Shown here piece by piece: positions 9,543 through 19,126 of a stretch of 64,000 bases of DNA. Position 1 is the stretch's first letter, and each line of letters opens with the position of its first letter. Both the position numbers and the translations under genes were made by a program. The notes under the pieces are model-generated. The model saw nothing but the letters and a program-made list of their open reading frames with translations. It searched no databases and was not told the origin of the DNA. Source of the stretch: Candidatus Cloacimonadales bacterium (GTDB taxonomy: Bacteria > Cloacimonadota > Cloacimonadia > Cloacimonadales > JAIOQZ01); the NCBI GenBank assembly GCA_963674825.1, contig OY771587.1, positions 3,136,001-3,200,000 on the forward strand, in the 5' to 3' direction.

Positions 9543-11987
9543 CTATTTCATCATTACCATCTTGCGGATGAATGTCTGATCCTGAATCTTGAGGCGGTAG
9601 AAGTACACTCCGCTCGATTGCCCGGTCGCATCCCAGGTAATCGAATAGGAATTGGGTGGGAGGTAACTGTCCACAAGTGTCGCGACCTTCTGTCCCTTGA
9701 TGTTGTAAATATCCAGCGTAACCGGGCTGCTCTGCGCTATATCGAAGCGGATTACGGTCGTCGGATTGAACGGGTTGGGGTAGTTGCCCTGTAAGCGCGT
9801 AACCGGGATTACGTCCGCCTCATTGCCGACGAAGTAGATTTCCGCCGATACGGGATCGGATTCGACACCACCTGGATAGAGCGCGGTAATCTCGACCTGA
9901 TAGGTGTGGAAGAGCTCTGGATTCTCGATGATCCAGCTCAGTTCGGTGGTGCTTCCGGCAACCTCCGAATCGATATACACCATGTATTGCTCGGGGTCGT
10001 ATGTACTTTCCTGCGGTGCAGCCCATGTGAGGGAGATCGCGTCGCTGGAAAGCTCGTAACTGAGGTCTGTCGGAGGATTGTAGAGTGCGTACGTGAAGCT
10101 GACCGTTGCGGGAGCGGATTCACCGGCTTCATATTCCGCGGTTACCATGGCTGTATAGGTCTCCGTTTCGGTGAGGTCAAAAAGTGCCCAGCTATAGTTC
10201 GGCGTCTGGCCCAGAAACTCGCCGTCAAGGTAAATTCGATAGCCAACGAACGGCGATGTACTCCCTTCTGCAGGTTCTTCCCAGAACAGGACGGGATCGG
10301 GCCCTACAACCACGTAGAGGTTGGTTGGCGGCAAAAGCACGTCACCAGAATAGAGCATATTTCGATGGAAGGTAAAGGTCCCGTCATAGCATCCAACGAC
10401 GATATCCAGATCGCCGTCGGCATCCAGATCGACAAGCGCCGGTGTGGCGTTCTGGTCAACCGTCATATCGCTGAACAGGCTGGTGTTTTCAGTCCAGCCC
10501 ATACCGTTTTCAAAATAGGTTACATCGCCAAAAAGATTCCCGGCTGCGAAATCGTAATCGCCGTCACCATCGTAATCAGCAAAAGACGGTACACAGTTAG
10601 AGCCTACGTCGATTCCATTGAAGAAGCTGCTGTTCTCTACCCAGTTCGGTGTGCTTGCATCACCCTGATTCACAAGATAGGAAAGCGTGCCATCATCGCT
10701 GCCCACAGCGATGTCGAGGTCACCGTCGCCATCCATGTCGAGGAGCCGTGGCGCTGACCAGCCAGAGACGGAGAAACCAGGGAAATGGCCGGTTTCTTCC
10801 ATAAGTCCCATGCCGGTGTTGCGGTGGAAATAGAGGCTACCATTGAGGTCTCCCACGATCACGTCCGCGTCGCCGTCATTGTCAACATCACCAACGGTAA
10901 CTGCCGCGTAGATTGAGTGATCGATGCTCGCGAAATAGCTGTTATTTTCCTGCCATGCGGGACAATGAACATTGCCGATGTTCTCGTAGTACTTAATATC
11001 GCCGAGGTTACTGCCGCTGATCATGTCCAGGTCGCCGTCGCCATCGAAATCGTAGAAAACGGGATTACTGGCTCCGCCGACGTCGAGTGTTCCGCCAAAG
11101 AGGGTTGTGTTTTCAGCCCAACTTGGGTTTGAGCCGGTTCCGTTATTCACCTGATAAACCAGCGGACCGGATGCGGTTCCGTAAATGAGGTCTAGGACGT
11201 TATCTCCATCCAGATCGACCAGATCGGGTGAATTCCAGTAGGTTTCGGTGCCGAGACCCGCAAATGGCGTGTCGTTCTGTGTCCAGCTTCCATTGTTATT
11301 CTCGAAGTAGTTAAACAGGTGTCCATCGCGACCGCAGAAGATGTCCTGATCGCCGTCCGCGTCAAAGTCCGCGAAGATGGGATATGCATAGAGCCCGATG
11401 TCTTCGATTGTCTGCATGTTCGATTCGCTGAATTGCGCATTGGAGGCGGTACCTGTGTTCTCGTAAAGCAATACTGAGCCGTCTTCGCTGAGACCGACAA
11501 CCATATCGGAATCTCCATCTCCATCAGCGTCGGCGAGGTCCGGAACTGGATTGCTGCCAACGAGCAGTCCGCTGAAGAAACCAGCTTCGTGAGAAAATTC
11601 CGCTTGCGTGGCAGAGCCGATGTTGCGATAAAGATGCAGTCCGGTATAGCCACCGGTAACCAGATCAAGGTCGCCGTCGTTGTCAATATCCACGCAAACA
11701 CCCATTTCGGCGTCGAGCGATGAAACATCTTCGAAGAGGTCGTCGCCTGGCGCGAATGCCGGATTGGTAGCGCTTCCGGTGTTCTCGAAATAGAGCGGAG
11801 CCTGCGATGTGCTGCCGAGAATCATATCGAAATCTTCGTCGTTATCAAGATCGGCAAAGCGGGGTTGGGAGAATGTCAGGCTCGGAACGCCGCTGGGATT
11901 GAAGATGCTGTTATCCTGCTCCCAAGGCTGCGAAAAGAGCATATTTATTGTAAGTGCGAGAATTACGAAAATGATTGCTTTTTGCAT
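9543..11987 (-). CDS. Secreted FG-GAP/VCBS repeat protein with two FN3-like domains and a FlgD-Ig/T9SS-like C-terminal domain
   Basis: Signal peptide, ten DxDxDGDxD repeats, PPTNL/PPTDL FN3-like modules, NYPNPFNP...SSGVYFYRL...RKMVMMK. Start after GGAGGT. Confidence 0.88.
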   Translation of the reverse strand: MQKAIIFVILALTINMLFSQPWEQDNSIFNPSGVPSLTFSQPRFADLDNDEDFDMILGSTSQAPLYFENTGSATNPAFAPGDDLFEDVSSLDAEMGVCVDIDNDGDLDLVTGGYTGLHLYRNIGSATQAEFSHEAGFFSGLLVGSNPVPDLADADGDGDSDMVVGLSEDGSVLLYENTGTASNAQFSESNMQTIEDIGLYAYPIFADFDADGDQDIFCGRDGHLFNYFENNNGSWTQNDTPFAGLGTETYWNSPDLVDLDGDNVLDLIYGTASGPLVYQVNNGTGSNPSWAENTTLFGGTLDVGGASNPVFYDFDGDGDLDMISGSNLGDIKYYENIGNVHCPAWQENNSYFASIDHSIYAAVTVGDVDNDGDADVIVGDLNGSLYFHRNTGMGLMEETGHFPGFSVSGWSAPRLLDMDGDGDLDIAVGSDDGTLSYLVNQGDASTPNWVENSSFFNGIDVGSNCVPSFADYDGDGDYDFAAGNLFGDVTYFENGMGWTENTSLFSDMTVDQNATPALVDLDADGDLDIVVGCYDGTFTFHRNMLYSGDVLLPPTNLYVVVGPDPVLFWEEPAEGSTSPFVGYRIYLDGEFLGQTPNYSWALFDLTETETYTAMVTAEYEAGESAPATVSFTYALYNPPTDLSYELSSDAISLTWAAPQESTYDPEQYMVYIDSEVAGSTTELSWIIENPELFHTYQVEITALYPGGVESDPVSAEIYFVGNEADVIPVTRLQGNYPNPFNPTTVIRFDIAQSSPVTLDIYNIKGQKVATLVDSYLPPNSYSITWDATGQSSGVYFYRLKIQDQTFIRKMVMMK

Positions 11988-12110
11988 AGTGACCTCCACA
12001 TGTAATGTCATGAAAGAAACCAGCTACTATGCAATTGTCAATCAATTTTCGATAAATTGTTTTGATACCTCATATAGCTTATATGAAAACTTTGGGGTAG
12101 TTAAATTGCG

Positions 12111-12136
12111 AAAAAACGGGCAGGTTGCCCTGCCCG
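12111..12136 (-). terminator. Intrinsic terminator
   Basis: CGGGCAGG-ttgc-CCTGCCCG hairpin followed by T6 on the minus strand, just after the 12157 stop. Confidence 0.75.
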
Positions 12137-12156
12137 ATCAAATCTGATAAAAATTT

Positions 12157-12753
12157 CTATACACCATCTTCCGGAAGAAGGCGCGGTCTGCTTTCTTCAT
12201 CCCGGTTCATCCATTTTGCATAATAGAACTCGCGTTTACTCTGGATGTCTTCCATGTGCCTGTTTGCCCATTCGTAAGAATCGCCATTCATTTCAACATA
12301 TTGGCATGCATTCGGGGATTTCATGAATTTTTCGGATTCTACTTCTTCTTTGTGAATTGGCGCTAAAGAGAATCTGGCTTTAAAAGCGCCCATGCGAGGA
12401 ACGACTTCCACATAGTAGGTCTTGCCTTCTTCAAGATTTGCCGACATGAAATCAGCAGATTCGCCGACGGTCATGAAGAGATGCTCTCCCGGCTCGGCCA
12501 TAAAGGCCACTTTTTTCTTTGCAGCAACAAGTCCTACGATCTTGCACTCGTCACCTACGATATCGAAAACGCTTGATTGAATTGCCCCTCCAACAACGCT
12601 GGTGCGGAAGAATATTACAAGCGCTTTCCCCTGATCGGGTTGAGTGATTTCCATGCCTGGCTGTACCACCTGCATGTTTTTAACTGGGCCAGCGCAACCG
12701 CTGAGGATAAGAACGATGAAACCAATGATCAAAGTGCTTCTGATTGCTTTCAT
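12157..12753 (-). CDS. Hypothetical lipoprotein (DUF2846-like beta-sandwich)
   Basis: Lipobox ILSGC; KALVIFFR, EPGEHLF, LEEGKTYYV. Confidence 0.7.
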   Translation of the reverse strand: MKAIRSTLIIGFIVLILSGCAGPVKNMQVVQPGMEITQPDQGKALVIFFRTSVVGGAIQSSVFDIVGDECKIVGLVAAKKKVAFMAEPGEHLFMTVGESADFMSANLEEGKTYYVEVVPRMGAFKARFSLAPIHKEEVESEKFMKSPNACQYVEMNGDSYEWANRHMEDIQSKREFYYAKWMNRDEESRPRLLPEDGV

Positions 12754-12945
12754 TCTCGTTTGGTGCTCCTTCAAAATGATTTCCTATATTTAAGGATTGA
12801 AGAAACAATGTCAACACAATTTTAAATCGGAAAAGGAATGATAGAAGTTCTTTTTTTGTGTGAAATTGGAATTGGTTCAATGGCTTTCACACTTGACAAG
12901 CCGAATTGATATGAACAATATATGAAAAAGCTATGGAGGAAGTAC

Positions 12946-13386
12946 ATGGAAAGAGCATCGAAGGACTATTTGTGTTATTGCGGTCTCTATTGCAGGCAAT
13001 GCTCCTTGCTAACTGTGACCCCTCAGACGGCCAGAAAGCTTTATGAGATCATGAAACGTGACGGTTGGGAGTTTTTCGGCGAATACGAATTCAAAGGTTT
13101 CAAGGAATTCTGGGATGTATTACAGGCGGTCAGTAAACTGAACGAAACCTCGCCGCTTTGTCGGGGTGGTTGTGGAGACCCGGAGTGCAAGATCAGGATT
13201 TGCGCGAAAGAAAAGGGCGTGGATGTCTGTGCATTATGTGACGAGTACCCTTGTGATCTCATCCGGGGGTTTGATAAAAAGTATCACGTTCTCATCAAGA
13301 ATAACGATCGAATCAGGGAAATCGGGCTCAATGCATGGCTTGATGAAATGGATGCATTCGCAGATAATGGCAAGACATTCCCCTAA
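12946..13386 (+). CDS. DUF3795-family Cys-rich protein
   Basis: YCGLYCRQC ... CRGGC...CKIRICAKEKG...CALCDEYPC; GGAGGA RBS. Confidence 0.82.
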   Translation: MERASKDYLCYCGLYCRQCSLLTVTPQTARKLYEIMKRDGWEFFGEYEFKGFKEFWDVLQAVSKLNETSPLCRGGCGDPECKIRICAKEKGVDVCALCDEYPCDLIRGFDKKYHVLIKNNDRIREIGLNAWLDEMDAFADNGKTFP

Positions 13387-13412
13387 ATGTTTTCAATCGA
13401 TTCGATAATTAA

Positions 13413-13441
13413 TTGACAGATTAAAAACTGTATGGTAATAA
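13413..13441 (+). promoter_or_regulatory. Putative sigma-70 promoter of the TPR-DHp operon
   Basis: TTGACA-17 bp-TAATAA with an extended TG; ATG 7 nt downstream of the -10. Confidence 0.5.
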
Positions 13442-13448
13442 TACTTCT

Positions 13449-14984
13449 ATGAATGACAGTCAAAAGCACATCGATGAGCTCATCGAGAAACTGAGCCATG
13501 ATAAGTTTGCATGCGCAGACGAGAAAGCATCGGAAGTAATGGCATTCGTCCATTGGGTTTTAGATGAGAAAAATGATATCAGCAATCAAACAGGTTTGAT
13601 TGAACAGCTCAAACTGAATGCGGAGGAGATTATCCGTCTTCTGGATGAATCCGAGAACTTATCCGACGGTTTCTTGCTGAGCTTTCTGATCGGGCGGATC
13701 TGCTTTGAGCGTCAGGATTATTCAGATAGTTACAAATACAATCAACTTGGTCTCGATTTCTACAATAGATTACCAGATGAAAAGCGGCAGGCAAATAAGA
13801 AGAAAGCAGCGTCGGTCTGTTATCGTTGCGGCACGGTAGATTTCTATCACTCAAGGTACGATCAGGCATCGGATTATTACTATGCGGGTCTTAAGCTGAT
13901 GGGAAATCAGCCAATTACACCCAACCTCGGTTTTTTATATCAGGGTTTGGGATTTGTCTATCGTAACCTCGGGGACTACCCGAAAGCGCTGGAGAATTTT
14001 CAGAATGCGTATGAAGTAGCTGAGACGATCAATAAGCACGAGATAAAGGCAGTTGTCCTGAATGAAATCGCGAATATCTATATGATAAAACGGCAATTCG
14101 AGAAATCGCTGGAATACCACCAGAAAGCGCTTGAAGTTACGCAAGAGGAAAACTCGAACGTCTCCAGTTCGTTTATCTATCACGATATCGCTCTGATGTA
14201 TTCTGAGATGAATCGCTACGAAGATGCACTCGTCTATTTCCAGAAGCACTACGATCTGGCGAAAGATTCGCTTACAACCCGTGAGAAGTCGATCTACCTG
14301 ATGAATCTCAGTGGGATAACCGCAAGCTTGGAAGACTACGAGAAAGCGGTAAAGTATGGAGAAGAAGCGCTTGCCTTTGCACAACAAGCTGAAGGTGTAT
14401 ACGAACAGTGCAGCGCTTACGAGCAGCTTTCGAATATCTATATCCGTAAGGGTGAGTTCGAAAGGGCATGTGACAATCTTAACAATGCGCATGAGCTTAG
14501 CAAGCAGGTATTCAGTAAAGACAAGATGAACCAGATCCATGAGTTGCAGGTAAAATACGAATCGGAAGCTCGTGAGCGCGAAGCTGAGATTTACAGGCTG
14601 AAAAACGTCGAGTTGGTGGAAGCGAACGAAAAGCTCCAGGAATCGTATGACAAGCTGGAAAAAGCCCAACAGGAGATCATCCAGCTCGAACGGCAGAAGT
14701 CGGTGTGGGCTATGGCTGTGACGGCAAATCACGAGATCAATCAACCGTTGATGGTGATCCGGGGTAACATGGACCTGCTGCGTCTGAAAATGGATGCAGA
14801 TGTCATGCCGCAGAATATCGAGCAATATCTTGGGAATATCGAGAAGTCGATTGATCGAATCGGCAATATCCTGACCAAGTTTAAAGAAAAATGCCCGATA
14901 CGCTTCACTGAATACAGCTCGACAACTGAAATGGTTGTGTTTGACGATGTAATAAACGAGGATGACGAGTCTGATGATTCATGA
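13449..14984 (+). CDS. Cytoplasmic TPR protein with C-terminal HisKA/DHp domain, no HATPase (paralog 1)
   Basis: TPRs (LGFVYRNLGDYPKALENFQNA), coiled coil, H-box AMAVTANHEINQPL; ends about 80 aa after the His. Confidence 0.85.
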   Translation: MNDSQKHIDELIEKLSHDKFACADEKASEVMAFVHWVLDEKNDISNQTGLIEQLKLNAEEIIRLLDESENLSDGFLLSFLIGRICFERQDYSDSYKYNQLGLDFYNRLPDEKRQANKKKAASVCYRCGTVDFYHSRYDQASDYYYAGLKLMGNQPITPNLGFLYQGLGFVYRNLGDYPKALENFQNAYEVAETINKHEIKAVVLNEIANIYMIKRQFEKSLEYHQKALEVTQEENSNVSSSFIYHDIALMYSEMNRYEDALVYFQKHYDLAKDSLTTREKSIYLMNLSGITASLEDYEKAVKYGEEALAFAQQAEGVYEQCSAYEQLSNIYIRKGEFERACDNLNNAHELSKQVFSKDKMNQIHELQVKYESEAREREAEIYRLKNVELVEANEKLQESYDKLEKAQQEIIQLERQKSVWAMAVTANHEINQPLMVIRGNMDLLRLKMDADVMPQNIEQYLGNIEKSIDRIGNILTKFKEKCPIRFTEYSSTTEMVVFDDVINEDDESDDS

Positions 14985-16434
14985 TGAGATTGAAGGATTT
15001 CTACATGAAATTCCGGAAGATAAACACCAGTCCTGGATCCTGAAAGCAACGAGTGAACTGGCGCAAACTGATCCAACAAAAGCTCTTCACTACATCGAGT
15101 ATATCCGGGAGCACTTCACCAATCAATATTTACTTTTCGAAGCAGGGATGGTTCAAGCGGAGTGCTATTTCGAGCAGGGTCGATACGAAGAAGCCTTGTT
15201 ACATTACCGGACAAGCCTTGAAATAGATGCACGACAGTATGGAATTAATCCATACGGGCTCATACACAACAGGATCGGGCTTACACTGTGGAAAATGGGT
15301 GAACAGGAGCAGGCGTTAGAGGCATTTTTCACAGCGCTCAGGCATTTCACTGAAATAGAAGATGCGAAGAATATCGCCGATGTCGAGAACAATATTGGTC
15401 TTGTGTACTGGGATCTGGGGATGGTGGATAACGCCCTCCGTTATTATCGGCAATCGCTCGAAATGAAGATAAAACTAGGCGATGAAGCCAGTATTGCCAA
15501 TCTAAACAACAACATTGCCGGTATTTACTACTCCCGCAAAGACTATAAAACCGCGATTGAATACCTTGACCCTGTGCTGGACTTTTTTACCAGACACAAC
15601 AGGTTTCGTGAACTCACACATGCCCTAAACAACAAGTGCTTGCTACTCATGGAGATGCGGAATTACGATGCGGCAAAGAAAGTGATCGAGGAAGCGCTCA
15701 GAATTGTTCGTGAGAAGAAGTTCTATCATGAGGAGTCGGTCTGCCTGATCACGCGTGGCGATTTGGAAACACGCCTTGGTATCAGCGATGAGGCGATCGT
15801 CTACTACGATCAAGCGCTCGAACTGGCGAAGATGATCCAGTCGAAAGAATCGATCCGTATTGTGCTCGGACATCTGGCGGCTTTTTATGAGGAGATCGGC
15901 GATTACGAGAAAGCGCTCGAAAAGAACCGCGAGTTTAATAAATTGAAAGACGAGCTCTTTCACGAGCAGCTAAGCAGCAAGATTGCGGAACTGGAATCGC
16001 GCTTCGACACCGAAAAGAAGGAGCGGGAAATGGAAATCCACCGTCTTCGTAACATCGAACTGGTGAAGAAGAACGAAGAAATTCACATACAGAAAACCGA
16101 GCTTGAAAATACGCTGCATAAGCTTCAGAAAGCCCAAAAAGACATCATTGCACTGGAACGGAAAGCTTCGGCAATGGCAATGGCTGTAACGGCAAATCAC
16201 GAGATCAATCAACCACTTATGGTGATCCAGGGCAACATGGATATGCTTCGGTTGCACCTTGATTTCGCAAAACTTTCCTCGAAGCAACAGCAATACGTGC
16301 AGAAGATCGATAACTCCATCGCGCGCATTTGCTCGATTCTTGAAAAATTCAGAAGTACGATACCAACACGTTTCACCGCATATAGCAGCGATACGGATAT
16401 GGTGATATTTGAGCAGGATAATGAACATGAATGA
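14962..16434 (+). CDS. Cytoplasmic TPR protein with C-terminal HisKA/DHp domain, no HATPase (paralog 2)
   Basis: TPRs (NNIGLVYWDLG..DNALRYYRQSL), H-box AMAVTANHEINQPL, tail RFTAYSSDTDMVIFE. Confidence 0.85.
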   Translation: MTSLMIHDEIEGFLHEIPEDKHQSWILKATSELAQTDPTKALHYIEYIREHFTNQYLLFEAGMVQAECYFEQGRYEEALLHYRTSLEIDARQYGINPYGLIHNRIGLTLWKMGEQEQALEAFFTALRHFTEIEDAKNIADVENNIGLVYWDLGMVDNALRYYRQSLEMKIKLGDEASIANLNNNIAGIYYSRKDYKTAIEYLDPVLDFFTRHNRFRELTHALNNKCLLLMEMRNYDAAKKVIEEALRIVREKKFYHEESVCLITRGDLETRLGISDEAIVYYDQALELAKMIQSKESIRIVLGHLAAFYEEIGDYEKALEKNREFNKLKDELFHEQLSSKIAELESRFDTEKKEREMEIHRLRNIELVKKNEEIHIQKTELENTLHKLQKAQKDIIALERKASAMAMAVTANHEINQPLMVIQGNMDMLRLHLDFAKLSSKQQQYVQKIDNSIARICSILEKFRSTIPTRFTAYSSDTDMVIFEQDNEHE

Positions 16435-17920
16435 GAATGAGAAACATCAGGAATTTATCGATAACCTTGTGGGAAAGTCTGAGAAAGAACAACTTAACAG
16501 CATTCTTGCTGAGGCTCGAAAGATATTGAATCAAGATCCTGGGGGGACAAAGTTTTACGCCCAGTATTTAATAGAGCACTTTAACAGCGATATTCATACA
16601 TGTCACGGAAAGATGCTGATGGCCGAAGCGCTTTTCGAGCTGGGCCATTACAACGAATCATATGATTATTGCCGTCAATGCGCGGTTCTGAATGAGAAGC
16701 TGAACTATCCACTGGCGAAGGGAGTTATCGAAAACAGACTCGGACTATCGCAATGGCGCAAGGGTGATCTGGAAAAGGCTCTTGAATCACTTTTTTCAGC
16801 GCTACGGTATTGGACGGAGCAAAGAAGTATCGAGCAGATTGCCGATGTCGAGAACAATATCGGGCTCATATATTGGGATTTATCGATGACTGAAGAAGCA
16901 TTGCGGCATTATAGAAAATCATTGGAGATGAAAACTGAACTGGAAGATGAAAAGGGTATCGCCACACTAAACAACAATATTGCCGGTATCTATTATAAAA
17001 AAGGTGACCTTGCTACTGCCCTCGAATTCATCGATCCTGTCATCGAATTTTTCCATAAAGCCGGCCGGTATCGAGAGCTTGCGCAGGTGGTCAACAACAA
17101 GGCGATTCTGCTTATTGAGCTGGGGGAACTCGAAAAAGCTGAAGAAATTCTCAATAAAACATATTCGAAGGCGGTTGAGCGCAATTACCGCATTGAACAG
17201 ATCGTGCTGCTGACGACATTAGGCAGCCTGGAAGCCAAGCGAAACCGTACTCAGATTGCCGATGATTATTTCGAGAAAGCAATTGCGATTGGCCGCGATA
17301 TCGATTCCAAGGAATTGGTGCGAACAACGTTGACACATCAAGCGAGATTTTATGAAAAGATAGGAGATCACAAAAACGCTCTCCAGAAATTCAAGGAGAT
17401 GAGTCAGATTAAGGATGAAATCTTCCATGAACAGCTCGGGAACAAGATTGCGGAATTGGAGACGAAGTTCGATACTGAGAAGAAAGAAAAAGAAAAGGAA
17501 ATCTATCGCCTGAAGAACATCGAGCTTGCCCAGAAGAACGATGAGATCCATCAACAGAAAGTGGAAATTGAGAATACGCTTCATAAGCTTCAGATTGCAC
17601 AACAAGAAATCATTGATCTCGAACGGAAGGCATCAGCAATGGCGATGGCTGTCACGGCAAATCATGAGATCAACCAACCGCTTATGGTAATCCAGGGAAA
17701 TATGGATATGTTACAGATGAGCCTTGATACGGAATCGATGGACTCCCACAATCGTCAATATTTCAAGAAAATCGATGAATCGATCAATCGGATTCGGGAC
17801 ATTCTCGATAAGTTCAAAAACAGGATACCAGCACGCTTTACAGCCTATAGCAGCGACACTGAGATGGTGGAATTCGATGAAGATAGCAAGATTGAAAATG
17901 AAAAAGACTCAATCGACTAG
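16427..17920 (+). CDS. Cytoplasmic TPR protein with C-terminal HisKA/DHp domain, no HATPase (paralog 3)
   Basis: Same architecture, tail RFTAYSSDTEMVEFD. Start 16427 (or 16421) overlaps the preceding stop. Confidence 0.85.
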   Translation: MNENEKHQEFIDNLVGKSEKEQLNSILAEARKILNQDPGGTKFYAQYLIEHFNSDIHTCHGKMLMAEALFELGHYNESYDYCRQCAVLNEKLNYPLAKGVIENRLGLSQWRKGDLEKALESLFSALRYWTEQRSIEQIADVENNIGLIYWDLSMTEEALRHYRKSLEMKTELEDEKGIATLNNNIAGIYYKKGDLATALEFIDPVIEFFHKAGRYRELAQVVNNKAILLIELGELEKAEEILNKTYSKAVERNYRIEQIVLLTTLGSLEAKRNRTQIADDYFEKAIAIGRDIDSKELVRTTLTHQARFYEKIGDHKNALQKFKEMSQIKDEIFHEQLGNKIAELETKFDTEKKEKEKEIYRLKNIELAQKNDEIHQQKVEIENTLHKLQIAQQEIIDLERKASAMAMAVTANHEINQPLMVIQGNMDMLQMSLDTESMDSHNRQYFKKIDESINRIRDILDKFKNRIPARFTAYSSDTEMVEFDEDSKIENEKDSID

Positions 17921-18106
17921 GATGATATCAAAATTCGATTATATTATAATTCGTTATAGACAGACACACACACTGAATCAGTAGTTCCAGATTTTGAATC
18001 AGCGCTGCCTGATACTTCACAAGTCAAAATATAGATTATCAAGGTCACTTCAAAATCATTTGCGTGAATAACACGCCTGACCGTTAATCTGTTTATCGGA
18101 GGAACT

Positions 18107-18997
18107 ATGCGAAAACCGAGGATTCAAACCATTCTCATCATGGTACTTCTGCTTGTAATGTCGATGTCCTTGCTCGAAGCAAAATCATGGAAAATCGGCG
18201 TTCTGGCAAAACGGGGAGCAAAGAAAGCTCTGGAGCAATGGGTACCGCTTTCAGTATATCTCACAGAAACGATTCCGGGTGAAGATTTCATGATTCAACC
18301 TCTTATTTTTGAGGATGTTCGCACCGCAACGCAAAATGGCAGCATCGATTTCATTCTCACCAACTCTTCGTATTACGTGGAGCTAAACAACAAATTCGAC
18401 ACCAAGGCAATTGTTACAATGGTCAACTCCATTCAAGGAACTGGGCAGCAGGAATTCGGCGGGGTGCTTCTCGTGCCGGCCGATAGTCCGATTAACACGA
18501 TTGCCGATGCCAAAGGCAAGAAGTTTGCCGCAGTGAACGAATCGTCATTCGGGGGATTCCAAATGGCAGCAGCACTGCTGATGGAAAATGGGATCAATTA
18601 CAAGAAAGATTTCTCCGAAGTCATGTATATGAAGACGCACGATGCAGTTGTGATGAGTGTGTATAGCAAAATGGCAGACATCGGAACCGTCCGCACGGAT
18701 ACACTCGAACGAATGGAAAAGGAAGGAAGGGTCAAGCTTTCCGATTTCAAGATTATCCATCCTATGAAGGATGCCTTCCCGTTTGTCAGAAGTACTATCC
18801 TTTATCCTGAATGGCCGCTGGCCAAGACCAAAGCTACGCCGGACGATATCGCCGATAAAGTCAAGAAAGCACTGCTAAACCTGCCATCGGATTCTCCTGC
18901 TACGAAATCCGCGAAAATCGTAGGGTGGATCGACGCACTCGATTACACGCCTGTACTCAAATGCCTCCAGATTCTGGGAATCGATCCGGGAAAATAG
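18107..18997 (+). CDS. PhnD-like (phosphate/phosphonate-type) periplasmic binding protein, TtrS-sensor-like
   Basis: Signal peptide; IGVLAKRG...WVPL..YL, DFILTN, SFGGFQ, HDAVV, VRTDTLERM, STILYPEWP. Confidence 0.82.
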   Translation: MRKPRIQTILIMVLLLVMSMSLLEAKSWKIGVLAKRGAKKALEQWVPLSVYLTETIPGEDFMIQPLIFEDVRTATQNGSIDFILTNSSYYVELNNKFDTKAIVTMVNSIQGTGQQEFGGVLLVPADSPINTIADAKGKKFAAVNESSFGGFQMAAALLMENGINYKKDFSEVMYMKTHDAVVMSVYSKMADIGTVRTDTLERMEKEGRVKLSDFKIIHPMKDAFPFVRSTILYPEWPLAKTKATPDDIADKVKKALLNLPSDSPATKSAKIVGWIDALDYTPVLKCLQILGIDPGK

Positions 18998-19016
18998 CCA
19001 ACAAATAGAGATCAGG

Positions 19017-19052
19017 AAAGCACGTGATTCATCTGGATCGCGTGCTTTTTTA
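19017..19052 (+). terminator. Intrinsic terminator after the binding-protein gene
   Basis: AAAGCACGTGATTC-atct-GGATCGCGTGCTTT hairpin running into a T-tract. Confidence 0.8.
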
Positions 19053-19126
19053 TATACCATGAAAAGGTGAATAAAAATATCTTGTAATTTTTTGTGGGAT
19101 GTGTATTCTTACCTTCGAAGGTGAGT

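Noticed and set aside
13935..14825. 296-aa minus-strand ORF and similar antisense ORFs (5016-5753, 6489-7127, 9906-10757, 23427-24089)
   Set aside because: All lie opposite well-supported genes and have no protein-like features.
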